Source: Delftia acidovorans NBRC 14950 (lineage in GTDB: Bacteria; Pseudomonadota; Gammaproteobacteria; Burkholderiales; Burkholderiaceae_C). Taken from it: a stretch of 32,000 nucleotides of DNA. A model generated the notes under the pieces. It was not told where the DNA came from. It saw only the letters and a program-made list of their open reading frames with translations, and did no database searches. Shown here one piece after another: positions 30,414 to 32,000 of this stretch (position 1 is the first letter of the stretch; each line of letters opens with the position of its first letter). Position numbers and translations under genes: made by a program. The DNA is taken from positions 150,001-182,000 of the forward strand of contig NZ_BCZP01000001.1 of assembly GCF_001598795.1 (NCBI RefSeq), written 5' to 3'.

Positions 30414-31898
30414 ATGACCCTTGCTAGCGCCTCTCCGACCCTGTACCGCCGCCTGGCGGCCGACTACAGCCTGGCCATGGAACTGGGCACGCTAAAGGCG
30501 GGCGAGCGCATGCCTTCCGTGCGCGAGCTGATGCGCCGCCATGAGGTCAGCCTTTCCACGGCGCTGCAGACGCTGCGGCATCTGGAGGACCTGGGCCAGC
30601 TCGAAGCCCGCCCGCGCGTGGGCTACTTCGTGCGCGATGCCCGGCCTGCAGGCCTGGCCCCGGCCAGCGAGCCCGACCTGAGTCAGCCGGTGCAACCGCT
30701 GCCGCAGCCACACTTCGCAGGCATCAATGAACACATTTCCCTGATGCTGGAGCGCGGCCGCCAGGCCGACGTGCGCGTGGACCTGGGCGGTGCCACGCCG
30801 CCGCCCGAACTGTTCGATCGCGGCTACCTGAACCAGACCGCCGCCCGGCTGCTGCGCGAGCAGCCGGACCTGCTGGTGCTGGGGCGCTCCATGATGGGCA
30901 GCCACCCCGATTTCCAGCGCGCCATGGCGCGGCGCGCGCTGGCGGCGGGCATCCATGTCGCACCGGCCGATGTGCTGGCGACCACGGGCAATTCCGAGGC
31001 CGTGAGCCTGGCGCTGGCCGCCGTGGCCTCGCCCGGCGACGTGGTGGCCGTGGAGTCGCCGACCTACTACGGCCTGCTGCAGGTGGTGGAGTCCTTGCAG
31101 ATGCAGGCGCTGGAGATTCCCTGCAGCCCGAGCACCGGCCTGTCCATCGAGGCGCTGGAGCTGGCCCTGCAGACCCAGCCGCGCCTGAAGGCCGTGGTGG
31201 TCGTGCCCGAGCTGCAGATGCCGCTGGGTACGCGCATTCCCGATGAGCACAAGGCCAGGCTGGTCGATCTGTGCGGCGCCCACGGCGTGGCATTGATCGA
31301 GGACGACTCCTATGGACTGTTCGTGGAAAGCGGCCAGCCCGTGCGTCCCATCAAGGCCTGGGATCGCCTGCCGGGCCATGTCATCTATTGCGAGGCCTTC
31401 AACAAGAGCGTGGCGCCGGGCCTGCGCCAGGGCTGGATGAACGCTGGTCAGTGGCATGGCCGGGTGCAGATGCTCAAGTTCGCGCGCAGCCGGGGCACCC
31501 AGACCCTGGCCCAGTTGCTGGCGGCCGCCTGCGTGGGCTCGCCCGCGCATCTGCGCAATCTGCAGCGCCTCAAGCAGCAGTTGCGGCGCCAGCGTGAAGG
31601 CATGGCGCAGCTGGTGGCGCGGTTTTTCCCGCTGGGCACGCGGCTGAGCCTGCCGCCCGGCGGGCTCAGCCTGTGGCTGGAGTTTCCGGCTGGCGTGTCC
31701 ACGTCCGCGCTGTTCACGCAGGCGCTGGCGCGCGGCATCCGCACGGCGCCGGGCAGCATGTTCTCGAACTCGGGGCGCTACGAGCACTGCATGCGCCTGG
31801 GCTGCACCCTGCCGGTGGATGCCGTGATCGAGCAGGCCTGCCGCGAGCTGGGTGCCATGGCCTGTGCGCAGCTGGGTCAGCCGGCGCGCAGTGGGTGA
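30414..31898 (+). CDS. MocR/GabR-type transcriptional regulator (GntR wHTH fused to a PLP-dependent aminotransferase-like domain)
   Basis: N-terminal GntR wHTH (LKAGERMPSVRELMRRHEVSLSTALQTLRHLEDLGQLEARPRVGYFV), a linker, then a fold-type I aminotransferase-like domain (VAVESPTYYGLLQ, IEDDSYG, FNKSVAPGLRQGW with the putative PLP lysine). The track start at 30399 is TTG; ATG 30414 is preferred. Confidence 0.9.
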   Translation: MTLASASPTLYRRLAADYSLAMELGTLKAGERMPSVRELMRRHEVSLSTALQTLRHLEDLGQLEARPRVGYFVRDARPAGLAPASEPDLSQPVQPLPQPHFAGINEHISLMLERGRQADVRVDLGGATPPPELFDRGYLNQTAARLLREQPDLLVLGRSMMGSHPDFQRAMARRALAAGIHVAPADVLATTGNSEAVSLALAAVASPGDVVAVESPTYYGLLQVVESLQMQALEIPCSPSTGLSIEALELALQTQPRLKAVVVVPELQMPLGTRIPDEHKARLVDLCGAHGVALIEDDSYGLFVESGQPVRPIKAWDRLPGHVIYCEAFNKSVAPGLRQGWMNAGQWHGRVQMLKFARSRGTQTLAQLLAAACVGSPAHLRNLQRLKQQLRRQREGMAQLVARFFPLGTRLSLPPGGLSLWLEFPAGVSTSALFTQALARGIRTAPGSMFSNSGRYEHCMRLGCTLPVDAVIEQACRELGAMACAQLGQPARSG

Positions 31899-31920
31899 CA
31901 GGCGAAAAACAGACGCAAAG

Positions 31921-31964
31921 CGGGCACAAAGCGGATGCAAAACGGGCACAAAGCGGACGCAAAA
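31921..31964. repeat. 22-bp tandem direct repeat (2 full copies plus a partial copy upstream from about 31912)
   Basis: cgggcacaaagcggatgcaaaa followed by cgggcacaaagcggacgcaaaa (21 of 22 identical), preceded by gacgcaaag. Confidence 0.85.
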
Positions 31965-31995
31965 AAACCGCCGGGCTTGCGCCGGGCGGTTTTTT
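31961..31995. terminator. Probable bidirectional rho-independent terminator
   Basis: A7 - ccgccgggc-ttgc-gccgggcgg (one mismatch) - T6, located 63 bp after the MocR-type gene stop, near the window edge. Confidence 0.7.
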
Positions 31996-32000
31996 GTCGG

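Noticed and set aside
1-32000. A search by eye for CRISPR arrays, tRNA/rRNA genes, IS elements, integrases, toxin-antitoxin pairs and prophage genes.
   Set aside because: I found no regularly spaced short repeats, no cloverleaf-like or rRNA-like conserved sequence, and no transposase, integrase or phage signature in any frame. The only repeats found are the ones reported as features.

Overview
This is a high-GC chromosomal segment, roughly 65-70% GC by eye. Gene content and protein motifs look like a Comamonadaceae-type betaproteobacterium (inference only). I support 24 protein-coding genes and found no rRNA, tRNA, CRISPR array, transposase or integrase. All homology calls come from motifs I recognised in the supplied translations; no searches were run.

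Most of the window is housekeeping or core metabolism:
- PAS-GGDEF-EAL sensor, EamA/DMT transporter, qor translationally coupled to a NUDIX gene, and a Na/Pi-cotransporter-PhoU protein.
- The conserved ribF-ileS-lspA operon.
- An acyl-CoA dehydrogenase pair, yceH (DUF480), purN, DUF1653, an RsmB/NOP-type m5C RNA methyltransferase, and a membrane fatty-acid desaturase.
- A DUF2917-like gene divergent from a MocR-type regulator.

The accessory-looking part is about 12.1-22.9 kb:
- A solitary HNH endonuclease.
- A TPR plus SAM-methyltransferase gene that is about 15 GC points lower than its flanks.
- Two tandem, translationally coupled 7TMR-DISM sensor histidine kinase paralogues. They share a 100-bp perfectly identical tract over the H-box.
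- One divergently transcribed OmpR-family response regulator.
- An 821-aa secreted multi-repeat protein ending in an IPTL-CTERM sorting signal, followed by a bestrophin-family channel.

My best candidate for an undescribed system is the two-kinase / one-regulator / IPTL-CTERM surface-protein module, possibly including the TPR-methyltransferase. It is a hypothesis built from gene arrangement, not a demonstrated system.

Many long ORFs in the track are antisense or out-of-frame artefacts of high GC, and I rejected them. Several track ORFs start at TTG or carry spurious 5' extensions, so I trimmed them to the start codon I consider most plausible.
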